From: Candidatus Sericytochromatia bacterium | GTDB taxonomy: Bacteria; Cyanobacteriota; Sericytochromatia; S15B-MN24; UBA4093 | DNA length: 64,000 nt | Reading direction: 5' to 3' | Assembly: GCA_036676495.1 (NCBI GenBank) | Contig: JAKFCT010000047.1 | Location: 43,879-107,878, forward strand | Shown here: positions 1 through 9,701 of the stretch, piece by piece | How positions within the stretch are numbered: position 1 is the first letter of the stretch | How the letters are laid out: each line of letters opens with the position of its first letter | Program-made: the position numbers and the translations under genes | Notes under the pieces: generated by a model | Databases searched by the model: none | Told to the model about the DNA's origin: nothing | The model's input: only the letters and a program-made list of their open reading frames with translations

Positions 1-243
1 GAAGCGGGTCACCCCATCACCGACCGACTCGACGACGCCCGAGAACTCGTTTCCCATGATGAGGGGCAGCTCCAAGTGCTGGATGGCTCTCAATTGCCCT
101 CGCCGGACCTTGTAGTCCAGCGGGTTGAGCCCCGCGGCATGCACCCGAACCCGGATCTCGCGGGGCCGAGGCTCGGGAAGCGGCATCTCTCGGAACTCGG
201 ATCGCTCCGGCCCGCCGTACTGGGTAAAGACAAAGGCGCGCAT
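1..243 (-). CDS. NADP-dependent oxidoreductase (MDR/quinone oxidoreductase-like), N-terminal part, runs off the window
   Basis: Manual translation from ATG at 243: MRAFVFTQYGGPE...VRVHAAGLNPLDYK...PLIMGNEFSGVVESVGDGVTRF, a GroES-like MDR N-terminus; SD-like AAGGGG upstream. Confidence 0.85.
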   Translation of the reverse strand, partial: MRAFVFTQYGGPERSEFREMPLPEPRPREIRVRVHAAGLNPLDYKVRRGQLRAIQHLELPLIMGNEFSGVVESVGDGVTRF

Positions 244-369
244 GGTTCCCCTTTCGTCTCGGCTCTACGCCGGGCTCCCGGTCTCCGGGCTTCCCGGCTC
301 TCTCGTCACGCCATCGTACTGGCTGACGTTCCCTCGGTCCAGGGACGAGACTGACGTCGGGGGGACGCG

Positions 370-1005
370 CTAGGAGACGCCCCCCGCCCGTCCCGCACAG
401 GAAGCCGATCCCAGCCATGTATGGGGGTTTCCCGCCCAGCACCAGCCGAGTTTCGGACGGCGATCGCTGATCCACAGGGCGGGAACGCGGCGATCGCCGG
501 AGCGGGAGCCGACCAGCGAGAAGCAATGGTTCTTCTTCAGGGCCTCGGGGTGATGGGTGAGCAGGGCGATCCCTTCCTCCACGGTCAAGGGCGTGCGCTG
601 CCGGGAGCGGATCGCGACCAGCGCGTCGTCCGGCGTGACGTTGCGAAACTCCGAGCCGGTCTCCAGGCCGAAGACCAGGTAGGCGGCGCCGGCGGGCACC
701 CCCAGCTCGTCGAGCGGCTTGAAGGTCTCGAGCCCGCCCGGACGGAAGTCGATGAACCCCGCGCGGTCTTTCAACTGGGTGATCGCCATCGCCGGCTCCA
801 GCGGCACCCAGTCCTGCGGGATGACGATGACGAACGGGAAGCCCCCGTCATCGGCCGGCCAAACGAGCCCTTCGAGGGCTTGCCTGAGGGGCTCGAGCCG
901 CGACGCGAAGGCCTCGGCGGTCATCCCGGCGATCGCCGGGTAACCTTTCTGGATCAGCGTTTGAACTTGCCGGTCGAATTCTTCCATGGGCGTGGGCGCG
1001 CGCAT
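370..1005 (-). CDS. DUF5701 family protein
   Basis: EFDRQV..L..KGYP start and C-terminal SRSGDRRVPALWIS..RPKLGWCWAGNPHTWLGSASC; AGGAGG before ATG 1005. Confidence 0.75.
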   Translation of the reverse strand: MRAPTPMEEFDRQVQTLIQKGYPAIAGMTAEAFASRLEPLRQALEGLVWPADDGGFPFVIVIPQDWVPLEPAMAITQLKDRAGFIDFRPGGLETFKPLDELGVPAGAAYLVFGLETGSEFRNVTPDDALVAIRSRQRTPLTVEEGIALLTHHPEALKKNHCFSLVGSRSGDRRVPALWISDRRPKLGWCWAGNPHTWLGSASCAGRAGGVS

Positions 1006-1178
1006 CGGGCCTCCTGACGGATCGACGGAACGGGCTGAACCTCTCCTATACCCGCCCGCGCCCAAGCGCGATCGGCGATCGGCCCGAAAGGGCGCCTTGA
1101 CAAGCTCCTTCCCCGATCTCTAAGGTGGAGCGAATGATGAGACGACCCGGTCTCGCGTCCGCCGAAAGCAGGTAGGCC

Positions 1179-2177
1179 ATGATCCCCGTTTCCATTCTCG
1201 ATCTCGCCCCCGTCGTCGAAGGCGGCACCGTCGCCCAGTCGCTGCACCACTCGCTCGACCTGGCGCAGCACGCCGAACGCTGGGGCTATCACCGCTACTG
1301 GGTGGCCGAGCACCACAACTTCCCGGGAGTCGCGAGCGCGGCCACCGCGCTCGTGATCGGCTACCTCGCCGGAGGCACCTCGACCCTGCGCGTCGGGGCC
1401 GGCGGCATCATGCTGCCCAACCACGCGCCGCTGGTGGTCGCCGAGCAGTTCGGCACGCTGGAGTCCCTTTACCCCGGCCGGATCGACCTCGGTCTGGGCC
1501 GCGCGCCCGGCACGGATCAGCTCACGGCCCACGCCCTGCGCCGCACCCTCCGCGGCAGCTCCGACGACTTCCCGCAGGACGTCCTCGAGCTTCAGGGCTA
1601 CTTCCGCCCCGCGGTCCCCGGCCAGCGGGTCCAGGCCGTCCCGGGAGCCGGCACCCAGGTTCCCATCTGGCTGCTGGGCTCGAGCCTGTTCAGTGCGCGC
1701 CTGGCGGCCCACCTCGGCCTGCCCTACGCGTTCGCCTCGCACTTCGCCCCGGATTTCCTCCTGGCTGCGCTTCAGCTCTACCGCGCCGAGTTCCGGCCCT
1801 CCGAAACCCTGAGCAAGCCCCATACGATGGTGGCGGTCAACGTCTTCACGGCCGATACCGACGCCGAGGCCTGGCGGATCTCCACCTCGGTCCAGCAGAT
1901 GTTCGCGGCGCTGCGCCACGGCCGTCCCGGCCTACTGCAGCCTCCCCTCGACGGGCCGATCGTGCCCCTTGAGGAGCGGGCGGAAGCCCTCGCCAACGGG
2001 CCGCTCGCCGTCTCGGTCATCGGGACCGCGGAGACGGTTCGTTCCGGCCTGGAGGCCCTGATCGCGCGCACCGGCGCCGACGAGCTCATCGTGGCCGCCC
2101 AGATCTTCGATCATCAGGCCCGCCTGCGCTCGCATGAGATCGTCGCGCAGGTCATGCAGGCCTCCACCCCCGTCTAG
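1179..2177 (+). CDS. LLM-class flavin-dependent oxidoreductase (luciferase-like, YhbW type)
   Basis: [46 protein letters not shown] motifs. Confidence 0.92.
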   Translation: MIPVSILDLAPVVEGGTVAQSLHHSLDLAQHAERWGYHRYWVAEHHNFPGVASAATALVIGYLAGGTSTLRVGAGGIMLPNHAPLVVAEQFGTLESLYPGRIDLGLGRAPGTDQLTAHALRRTLRGSSDDFPQDVLELQGYFRPAVPGQRVQAVPGAGTQVPIWLLGSSLFSARLAAHLGLPYAFASHFAPDFLLAALQLYRAEFRPSETLSKPHTMVAVNVFTADTDAEAWRISTSVQQMFAALRHGRPGLLQPPLDGPIVPLEERAEALANGPLAVSVIGTAETVRSGLEALIARTGADELIVAAQIFDHQARLRSHEIVAQVMQASTPV

Positions 2178-2224
2178 CGGGAGCGCCCGCGCGCTAGCGC
2201 CTGCGGCTAGAGTTTGGAATGCGG

Positions 2225-3370
2225 CTAGGGTTGGGAGAGCGGCGCGTCGGAGCTCGGCGCGGCCGGGGCCGTCGGGTACGCGACGCACGGGATGCGCCGT
2301 TGAATCGCCTCGAACTCGGCTTCCTGCTCGGGCGTCACCAGCATGATCGTCTTGCCGACGTTGCCGTTCCGCGCCGTCCGGCCGCTCCGGTGGATGTAGG
2401 TGTCGACCACGGCCGGCAGGGAGTAATGGAAGACGTGGCTGAGCCCCTCGATATCGAGGCCGCGCGCCGCCAGATCGGTGGCCACGAGCAGGGTCACCTC
2501 CCCGTTGCGGAAGCGCGCGAGCACCTTGTTGCGATCCACCTGCGGCATGTTGCCGTTGAGGAAGGCGACCTTGAAATCGCCCTTCTGCGTGAGCCATTGC
2601 GCGAGGTGCTCGGTCTCATGCTTCATCTCCGTGAAGAGGATGGCGCGCTCGGGCTTCTCGGCCCGCAGCAGGGAGACCAGGCGAGCGAAACGCTTCTTTC
2701 GGGGAACGCGCAGGTACCAGTGACTGAGCTCGGCGGGAGCCTCCTCAGGGCCTGCGAGCGTCACCCGGACAGGGTTCGTCATCTGCTTGCGCACGAGCCG
2801 GGTGACCTCCGGAGACATGGTCGCCGAGAGGAGCAGCGTTTGCTCGCGCCTCCCGGTCTCGTGGAGCAGGAAGTCCATGTCCTTGCGAAAGCCCATGTCG
2901 ACCATGCGATCGGCCTCGTCGAGCACCAGGATGCGGATGCCGCTCAGGTCGAGGCTGTCGCGCTCGGCCAGGTCCTTGAGGCGTCCCGGCGTTCCCACGA
3001 TGAGGTCCTGGCCGCCTTGAACGGCCTTGCGCTGCTGGCGCAGGCTCATGCCTCCGTAGAGGGCGACGACGCGCAGGCCGCAGGCTTCGCCGGCCTTGGC
3101 GATCGCCTCGCTGATCTGCACCGCCAGCTCGCGCGTCGGGACCACCACCATGGCCTGGGGCCGGGGGCCCGGCTTCAGCAGGGAGAGCAGGGGCAAGCCG
3201 TAGGCCAGGGTCTTGCCCGAGCCCGTCTTGGCCTGGATGATGGCATCGCGGCGAGCCAGGATGTGCGGGATCGCCTCCCGCTGCACCGGGGTCGGCTCGG
3301 TGAAGCCCATGGCCGCGAGGCCCTCGAGGACGGCCGGCCGGAGCGCATGGGGTTCGAAGTGGAAAGTCAA
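2225..3370 (-). CDS. DEAD-box RNA helicase
   Basis: Q motif GFTEPTPVQ, AKTGSGKT, PTRELA, TPGR, DEAD, SAT, ARGLD, HRSGRTAR; probable TTG start at 3370 after GAAAGGA. Confidence 0.93.
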   Translation of the reverse strand: MTFHFEPHALRPAVLEGLAAMGFTEPTPVQREAIPHILARRDAIIQAKTGSGKTLAYGLPLLSLLKPGPRPQAMVVVPTRELAVQISEAIAKAGEACGLRVVALYGGMSLRQQRKAVQGGQDLIVGTPGRLKDLAERDSLDLSGIRILVLDEADRMVDMGFRKDMDFLLHETGRREQTLLLSATMSPEVTRLVRKQMTNPVRVTLAGPEEAPAELSHWYLRVPRKKRFARLVSLLRAEKPERAILFTEMKHETEHLAQWLTQKGDFKVAFLNGNMPQVDRNKVLARFRNGEVTLLVATDLAARGLDIEGLSHVFHYSLPAVVDTYIHRSGRTARNGNVGKTIMLVTPEQEAEFEAIQRRIPCVAYPTAPAAPSSDAPLSQP

Positions 3371-3555
3371 CGAGGGTCCTTTCGATCGGCAAACGGGGCT
3401 TGGAAAAATGAACGGGGACGAAGCGCGCTTCGTCCCCTCCTCCGATTCAATCAGGTCGCGGGTGGCGGGGTCAAGCCCCGGCCCCACCCAACGCATCGGC
3501 GCACGAAAAGGAAGAGGGCCTGATTGTAGCTTGGTTCTCAGAGGCGCAAACCCAG

Positions 3556-4104
3556 CTAGGCCAAGGTGCTGTAGAGCTTCACATCCCGGTAAGTCCCATG
3601 CTTGAACCAATAGCCCCTGAGGATCCCTTCGAAGGCCAGCCCGACCTTTTGCAGCACCCGCTCTGAGGCCACATTCTCCACCATGCACTTGGCCTCGATG
3701 CGATGGAGCCCCATGTCCCGAAACCCAAACTCGACGACGGCCTTGGCCGCTTCGGTCGCCAAGCCTTGCCCCCAATACCGACGAGACAACGAATAGCCGA
3801 ACTCAGCGCGCGCATGCGCGTCATCCCAAGCGTCGAAGCCCGTAGCCCCGATGAGCTGCTGCGTCTCCTTCAAGACGATCGCCCAAGGCACGGGCAGATT
3901 CATGCGAGCCTTCTCGATCAAGGCCTCGATGAGAGCCCTGGAATCCTCCGGTGCCTCCGGGGAGGACCATGTCGTGAACTGCGAAACCATGGGATCGGAG
4001 GCATAGTCGAAGACGTCCGGGACGTCCTCCCGCAGGAAGGGGCGGAGCATCAGACGGGGCGTCTCGAGTCTGGGTAGCGCCGTGAAAATCAAGGATCTAG
4101 GCAT
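3556..4104 (-). CDS. GNAT N-acetyltransferase, RimJ/RimL family
   Basis: LETPRLMLR, AEFGY.L.R.YWGQGLATEA, NVASERVLQKVG..FEG. Confidence 0.9.
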   Translation of the reverse strand: MPRSLIFTALPRLETPRLMLRPFLREDVPDVFDYASDPMVSQFTTWSSPEAPEDSRALIEALIEKARMNLPVPWAIVLKETQQLIGATGFDAWDDAHARAEFGYSLSRRYWGQGLATEAAKAVVEFGFRDMGLHRIEAKCMVENVASERVLQKVGLAFEGILRGYWFKHGTYRDVKLYSTLA

Positions 4105-4179
4105 TCAGAGGCCCCGTCGATTCATCGTCCCTCCTTGGGAAGTCCTGGCCGTGTGACAGCCAGGCAAGGCTGCAACGGA

Positions 4180-4527
4180 TCACTTCAGCTTGACGATGGC
4201 GCTTTCCAGCGTATCGGCGAAGATCACCTGGCCCCGCTGGTTGCTCTCGACGATGAAGTCCCGGAGGCTCCGGCTCTCCACCTCCGTGAAGTCCCCCAGG
4301 ATGATCAGCCGCATGCGGTAGTTGGAGACTTTCTGAAGCATGTCGCCCGCGACCCCGGTCCGCAGGTCGAAGAAGGGCTCGTCCAGGTCAGCGGCATCGA
4401 GGGCCACCGTGTCGCTCGGGCCGTTCATCAGGACCTCGAGCAGGTCAGAGCCCGTCCGAAGCGGAGCAGGGAGTTCCGCGATCCGGGAGATGTCGCCCTT
4501 CGGACTCGCCACGAGCGTTGCCTTCAT
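4180..4527 (-). CDS. DUF4180 domain protein
   Basis: FFDLRTGVAGDMLQKVSNYRMRL.I.GDF....SRSLRDFIVESN. Confidence 0.85.
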   Translation of the reverse strand: MKATLVASPKGDISRIAELPAPLRTGSDLLEVLMNGPSDTVALDAADLDEPFFDLRTGVAGDMLQKVSNYRMRLIILGDFTEVESRSLRDFIVESNQRGQVIFADTLESAIVKLK

Positions 4528-4572
4528 GCAGTCTCCTTCGATTCGAGGCGGAGTCGCTCCGCCCTGGCCGTC

Positions 4573-5073
4573 CTAGCCCCGCGAGAGTTGCCGGGAGCGC
4601 TTCTCGGACAGGTAGGTCTGCAGGATGAGCAGCGCGGCCCCGACGTTCACGGCAATATCGGCGACGTTGAAGATGGGGAAGATGTTCTGCCCCTGCCAGC
4701 GGAGGTCGAACATGTCCCGCACGTAGCCCAGCATCAGGCGATCCACCGCGTTACCCAGCGCTCCGCCAAGAAAGAGCCCCATGGCGAGGATGAGGAGCAA
4801 GTCCTTGGGTTTGGTCTTTCCCTGGTAGACCATCACGCCGATGGCCACCAGGATCGCCAGAAGCCCCAGTTTCTCGGGGTGCCCGGAGAATAAACTGAAG
4901 GCGGCCCCCGTGTTCTGAACGTACGTGAGGTTCAAGACGCCATCCAGGAGCGGCTGGGAATGGCCCAGGGCAAGGGCCGCCACGATGCCAACCTTGGTCA
5001 ATTGGTCCAAGAGCAAGGCAACGGCCGCCGTCAGGTAGAAGGTAAGGGTTTCGTACGGGGTCTTCTTGATCAC
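4573..5073 (-). CDS. lspA: Lipoprotein signal peptidase II
   Basis: DQLTK, NTGAAFS, GGALGNAVDR, VRDMF, FNVAD motifs; GTG start after GGAGGAG. Confidence 0.93.
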   Translation of the reverse strand: MIKKTPYETLTFYLTAAVALLLDQLTKVGIVAALALGHSQPLLDGVLNLTYVQNTGAAFSLFSGHPEKLGLLAILVAIGVMVYQGKTKPKDLLLILAMGLFLGGALGNAVDRLMLGYVRDMFDLRWQGQNIFPIFNVADIAVNVGAALLILQTYLSEKRSRQLSRG

Positions 5074-5248
5074 GGCTCCTCCTGCGTTCTCATCATGGCC
5101 GACCACTCGATTCTGTATACCCCAGCGAGGCTCCGGCCGCTCTGCGGGAAGTCGCGCTCCCATGTGAGCATTCGAAAACGCGCCAGCCGGGTATAGTCCC
5201 GGAGTCAACGCCCGAAGCCCTTGCCCAGAAACGGTAGAACCCGCCCGA

Positions 5249-6007
5249 ATGCCCGGTTACGAAGTCTTGCTCTACGGCCTGCCGCTCGCGTTCCTGGCCG
5301 GCTTCGTGGACGCCATCGCCGGTGGCGGCGGCGTGATCACCCTACCCACCTTGCTGATGATGGGCCTCTCGCCGGGACAGGCGGTCGCCACGAACAAGCT
5401 GCTCGCGATCTTCGGGTCGACGACCAGCGCCGCCGCGTTCTGGCGCAAGGGCGCGGTCGATAAGCCCCTGCTCGCCCGCATCGTGCCCCTGGCACTGCTG
5501 GGAAGTGCGCTGGGCGCCCTGCTCGTCAGCCACCTGAAGGACGCGGAAGCGTTTCGCCTCTTCATCGCCGGGCTGATCCTGCTCGTCGGCACCCTGGTGA
5601 TCGCGAACCGCTCGCTCGGCCTTGAGAACCGGTTTCCCGGCCTCACGCCGCGCACCCTGACGATCGGGCTGAGCGCGGCCTTCGTCATCGGGGTGTATGA
5701 CGGGTTCATCGGGCCCGGCACGGGCACCTTCCTCATGTTCTGCTTCGTGAGCTTCCTGGGCTTCGACTTCGTGACCGGCAGCGGCAACGCCCGGGTCATC
5801 AACTTCGCGACCAACCTCGCGGCGGTCACGCTCTTCCTGTTCGCGGGCCAGATGATCTTCTGGCTTGGCTTGTCCATGGGGGTGGCCAATGCGCTCGGAG
5901 CCCAGCTTGGCGCCCGGATGGCCATGCTGCGCGGAAGCAAGTTCGTCAAGACGATCTACGTCATCATCGTGCTGGCGGTGGCCGTGCGGCTGGTGATCAT
6001 GCGCTGA
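5249..6007 (+). CDS. TSUP (TauE/SafE) family transporter
   Basis: [28 protein letters not shown] motifs; hydrophobic. Confidence 0.9.
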   Translation: MPGYEVLLYGLPLAFLAGFVDAIAGGGGVITLPTLLMMGLSPGQAVATNKLLAIFGSTTSAAAFWRKGAVDKPLLARIVPLALLGSALGALLVSHLKDAEAFRLFIAGLILLVGTLVIANRSLGLENRFPGLTPRTLTIGLSAAFVIGVYDGFIGPGTGTFLMFCFVSFLGFDFVTGSGNARVINFATNLAAVTLFLFAGQMIFWLGLSMGVANALGAQLGARMAMLRGSKFVKTIYVIIVLAVAVRLVIMR

Positions 6008-6073
6008 GACGCCTCCCCGCGGGCATGTGCTAGAGTAGGGCCTCGGAACCCGCGTCGATGGAAGGACCGCTCC

Positions 6074-6658
6074 ATGCCTGAAGCCAAGAAGTTTCCCTAC
6101 GGCGTCCATGCCTCCGTCCAGCACATGGCGGCGATCGCCGCCAACCTGCCCGCGAAGACCGGCAAGCGTCTGGAGGACTGGATCCAGCTCATGGAGGAGG
6201 CGGGCCCGACGGGCACCAAGGCCCGCATGGAATGGCTCAAGGTCGAGCATGGGCTGGGCCGCGACACCGCCCTGTCGATCGTGGAGATTGCCGAGGGTCG
6301 CGGCAACCCCGACCCCGAAGCCCAGGTCGAGGCCATGTTCGCAGGCCCCAAGGCGGGACTTCGGCCCCTCTACGACGCCGTGCTCGAGTTCGCCCTCGCG
6401 CTCGGAGAGGACGCCAAGGCGACGCCATGCTCGACCTACGTCCCCCTGCTACGCCGGAACACCTTCGCGATCGTCAAGCCCACCACCCGCACCCGGATTG
6501 ACCTGGGCCTCGCCCTTCCCGGCGTCGAGCCGACCGAACGTCTCAGCGTCGCCAAGGGACTGGGCAGCGCCCGGATCACCCACCTCGTCGGCCTGTCGAC
6601 CCTCGACGACTTCGACGACGCCGTAAAGGGTTGGCTGCGAACGGCCTACGAAGCCTAG
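6074..6658 (+). CDS. DUF4287/DUF5655-type protein
   Basis: NLPAKTGK.LEDW...WLKVEHGLG N-terminus; TYVPL.R..TFA.V.P.T.TRIDLGL and D..VKGWLRTAY C-terminus. Confidence 0.7.
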   Translation: MPEAKKFPYGVHASVQHMAAIAANLPAKTGKRLEDWIQLMEEAGPTGTKARMEWLKVEHGLGRDTALSIVEIAEGRGNPDPEAQVEAMFAGPKAGLRPLYDAVLEFALALGEDAKATPCSTYVPLLRRNTFAIVKPTTRTRIDLGLALPGVEPTERLSVAKGLGSARITHLVGLSTLDDFDDAVKGWLRTAYEA

Positions 6659-6665
6659 CGCCCGC

Positions 6666-6850
6666 GGCTGTTGCGAAAGGCAGCGCAGCTGTCCTGCAGC
6701 AACGAGAGGCTAGAAACAGTGGCTGTTGCGAAAGGCAGCGCAGCTGTCCTGCAGCAACGAGAGGCTAGAAACAGTGGCTGTTGCGAAAGGCAGCGCAGCT
6801 GTCCTGCAGCAACGAGAGGCTAGAAACAGCGGCGGTTGCGTAAGGCAGCG
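6666..6850. repeat. 55-bp tandem repeat, 3 near-identical units plus a degenerate partial fourth
   Basis: Unit GGCTGTTGCGAAAGGCAGCGCAGCTGTCCTGCAGCAACGAGAGGCTAGAAACAGT starts at 6666, 6721 and 6776; partial unit at 6831. Confidence 0.97.
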
Positions 6851-6955
6851 AGCGTTAACCGTGAACGGCATGAACAGGGGCAAAAATTCAAAGCTCGCCG
6901 ACCTGTAGCAACGTTTTTCACTCTCACGAACGCGCCGCAACCTGGCATTCGGGGT

Positions 6956-9079
6956 TCATTGCCGCTTTCGTCGCGGCGGAGCGTCATTTCCCGGCGCCTC
7001 CACGATGCCGGGGCAGGAGTCGGCGGCATCCTTCCGCCAGCGCACGCAGCCAAAGCCTTTGCCGGAGGGGAACTTCCGGGTCGGCGCTTTGCAAACGGGG
7101 CAGGGCGGGTTCGCCAGGGCCTCGACCTCCATGATGAAGCCGCAGGCCTCACGTCCCCGCGAGCAGCAGAAGTACTCACGCCCGTTCTTTTGGCTTAGAA
7201 CCCTGCGGGTGAGGGCTCCGCAGCGCAGGCAGGTCGGGTTCTCGAACATCGCCGCGACGTCCGCCTGAGCGACGGGAGCGGCGCTTGGGCGCTTGCGGCC
7301 GCCCCGAGGAGGCTTGCGCGCGGACGCCGTGGTTGGCCGGCTGGAGGCCGTGGTTGGCCGGCTCCGGGGGGAGAGGGGCCCCACCTGAGCGGCGTCGAGC
7401 ATGGGGGAAAAGCCGTCCCAAAAGACGGAGAGGAAGTGATCCCATGACTCCTCCGCCTCCGCGATCCGGTCGAGGTCCGCCTCCAGCTGGGCCGTGAACC
7501 CCTCGTGAATGATCGCCGCGAAGTGCTTGCGCAGTTCGGCATCGAGCCTTTCCCCGCGCTCCGTGCATGCGAGGAACTTCCGATCGACCTTGGCCACGAA
7601 CTCCTTGCGCAAGATGAGCGAGACCATCGAGGCAAAGGTACTCGGTCTCCCGATCCCCTTCTCTTCGAGGTACTTGATGAGGGTGGCCTCGGTGAAGCGG
7701 TCGGGCGGCTTGCTCCAGTGCTGCTTGGACGCCAAATGCAGCAGGGCGAGGACTTGATCGGCCGTGAGCGCGGGGAGCCGGGTCTCCTTGGCGTCCCGAT
7801 CGTCGAGGAGCTTGAGATAGCCGTGCTGCTTGAGGACGCGGCCGCTGGCCTTGAGCAGGGACTCGCCCGCCGAGATCCAGGCCTCCGTCGCGTCGAAGAG
7901 GGCGGGCCGGCACTGACTCGCCAGGTAGACCTTGGTGATGAGTTCGTAGAGCTGGCATGCGCGCGAATCGAGGCCGGATCCCGGCCTCTCGCCCAGCCGG
8001 GTGGGCCGGATGCACTCATGCGCGCCCTGGGCGCCGGCCGACTTCGCCTTGTGGAGGTTGGGTTTGGCGGGGACGACCTCGGCTCCATGGCGCTCCCGTA
8101 GGAAGTCGAGGGTCTCTTTCTGGAACTCGGGACTGACGGAGGGCTCGTCGGTGCGGATGTAGGTGACCAGGCCGGCCTCGAAAAGCGCCTTGGCATGGCG
8201 GGTGGTCTCGTCGGTGCCCATCTTGAGCTGACTCGAGGCTTGCTGGAGCATGGTGCTGGTGATCAGCGGAGCGGGGGGATTGCGCTTCACCTCCTTGCAG
8301 GAGAGGCGGGAAACGACGTGCGGCACGCCGCGCAGCGCCTGGGCGATCGCCTCCGCCTCCTCGCGCGTCGCGATCGTTTGCTTCCGGGGTAGCCGGCCCT
8401 CCGCAAGCTTGCCACCCGGGAGCTTGGCATAGAAATCCGCCTCGAAGCTCGCCTCCGCGGCCCCCGAGGGATCGCGGTAGCGCGCATGCACCGACCAGGA
8501 TTCCTCGGGCGTGAAGGTTCGAATCGCGTGCTCGCGATCGACCACGACCCGGAGGGCCACGGATTGCACGCGCCCCGCCGAGAGCTGCTGATCGCCGGGC
8601 AAGCGGTTGCGCACGATGGGACTGACCTTGTAGCCCACCAGGCGATCGAGGATGCGCCGCGCCTGCTGCGCGTAGACCAGATTCATGTCGAGGGCCCGGA
8701 TCCGCGCGAAGGCCCGGTCGAGTCCTTCACGGGTGATCTCGTGGAACTCGAGGCGCTGCACCTGGCGGCTCGACAGGCCGATGGTCTCGGCGATGTGCCA
8801 CCCGATCGCCTCTCCCTCGCGATCGGCGTCCGAGGCCACGAAGATCTGCTCGGGCCGGTAGCGGTTCTTGAGGGCCTTGAGCTTGGCCACCACGTCCTTG
8901 CGCTCCGAGGCATAGACGTAACTGGGTTCGAAGCGGCGATCGATGGCGACCCCCAGGTCTTTCTCCGGAAGGTCCCGGAAATGCCCCACGGTCGCGATGA
9001 CCTCGTAGGCGGACCCGAGCAGCTGTCGGATCGTCTTGGCCTTGTTGGGAGATTCGACGATGATGACCCGGTTTGCCAT
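6956..9079 (-). CDS. topA: Type IA DNA topoisomerase with C-terminal Cys-rich zinc-ribbon region
   Basis: IIVESPNKAKTI, GHFRDL, ASDADREGEAI (TOPRIM), SAGRVQS, TYIRTD catalytic Tyr, AHECIRPT, GIGRPST; C-terminal CxxC motifs. Confidence 0.92.
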   Translation of the reverse strand: MANRVIIVESPNKAKTIRQLLGSAYEVIATVGHFRDLPEKDLGVAIDRRFEPSYVYASERKDVVAKLKALKNRYRPEQIFVASDADREGEAIGWHIAETIGLSSRQVQRLEFHEITREGLDRAFARIRALDMNLVYAQQARRILDRLVGYKVSPIVRNRLPGDQQLSAGRVQSVALRVVVDREHAIRTFTPEESWSVHARYRDPSGAAEASFEADFYAKLPGGKLAEGRLPRKQTIATREEAEAIAQALRGVPHVVSRLSCKEVKRNPPAPLITSTMLQQASSQLKMGTDETTRHAKALFEAGLVTYIRTDEPSVSPEFQKETLDFLRERHGAEVVPAKPNLHKAKSAGAQGAHECIRPTRLGERPGSGLDSRACQLYELITKVYLASQCRPALFDATEAWISAGESLLKASGRVLKQHGYLKLLDDRDAKETRLPALTADQVLALLHLASKQHWSKPPDRFTEATLIKYLEEKGIGRPSTFASMVSLILRKEFVAKVDRKFLACTERGERLDAELRKHFAAIIHEGFTAQLEADLDRIAEAEESWDHFLSVFWDGFSPMLDAAQVGPLSPRSRPTTASSRPTTASARKPPRGGRKRPSAAPVAQADVAAMFENPTCLRCGALTRRVLSQKNGREYFCCSRGREACGFIMEVEALANPPCPVCKAPTRKFPSGKGFGCVRWRKDAADSCPGIVEAPGNDAPPRRKRQ

Positions 9080-9096
9080 GGGCGCCCTCCTGGTAA

Positions 9097-9114
9097 ATGG
9101 AACATATGTTCCAT
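9097..9114. promoter_or_regulatory. Perfect palindrome containing a GAAC-N4-GTTC LexA (Cheo-type) box upstream of topA
   Basis: ATGGAACATATGTTCCAT, 17 bp upstream of the topA ATG. Confidence 0.65.
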
Positions 9115-9153
9115 CCTACTGCATCGCGCGCGCTTCCACCAGCCGATCGATTC

Positions 9154-9167
9154 AGGACACATGTCCT
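9154..9167. promoter_or_regulatory. Palindromic operator, candidate site for the neighbouring Crp/Fnr regulator
   Basis: AGGACA-CA-TGTCCT about 60 bp upstream of the DMT-Crp/Fnr-DMT block. Confidence 0.5.
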
Positions 9168-9226
9168 ATTCGCGCCGCGGGGATCGCGGCTTTAATCGAA
9201 GAGACACCCGAATCGAGGAGTTTTCC

Positions 9227-9652
9227 ATGCGAGGAATCTGGTTTGCGCTGCTGGCCGGCGCCTGCCTCACGCTGCAAAACGTGGCCAACGCGCAGATGGG
9301 CCGCGACATCGGCACCTGGCAAACCGCGACGCTGACGCAGTTGACCGGCGGCCTCGTGGCCCTGGCGATCGCGATCGCCCTACGAACCGGTGGGTGGCAA
9401 CCCTTCAAGCGAGTGAAGCCTCTGTATTTGACGGGGGGCGCCTTGGGGGCCGTGATCGTTTTCAGCTGCGTCACGGCGGTGCAACAAATCGGAGTTACCA
9501 TGGCGGTGGCGGTGCTGCTGATCGCCCAGCTGAGCATGACGGTCCTGGTCGATCGCAACGGCTGGTTCGGCATGGCGAAACAGGCGATCCGGCTCCCGCA
9601 GGTCGTCGGCCTCGGCCTGATGATCGCCGGCGTGGCGATCCTGCAGTCCTGA
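9227..9652 (+). CDS. DMT family transporter (YdcZ/DUF606-like)
   Basis: Five hydrophobic segments, YLTGGALG, AQL....VDRNGWFG; GAGGAG SD. Confidence 0.85.
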   Translation: MRGIWFALLAGACLTLQNVANAQMGRDIGTWQTATLTQLTGGLVALAIAIALRTGGWQPFKRVKPLYLTGGALGAVIVFSCVTAVQQIGVTMAVAVLLIAQLSMTVLVDRNGWFGMAKQAIRLPQVVGLGLMIAGVAILQS

Positions 9653-9701
9653 AGGCGGCGCCGGGGCCTCGCGGGGGGCTCGGCGAAGGGGTAAACGGTT
9701 C

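Noticed and set aside
6666-6850. CRISPR array (units start GTTGC and end GAAAC)
   Set aside because: No unique spacers (the linkers are identical 7-mers) and no cas genes in the window.
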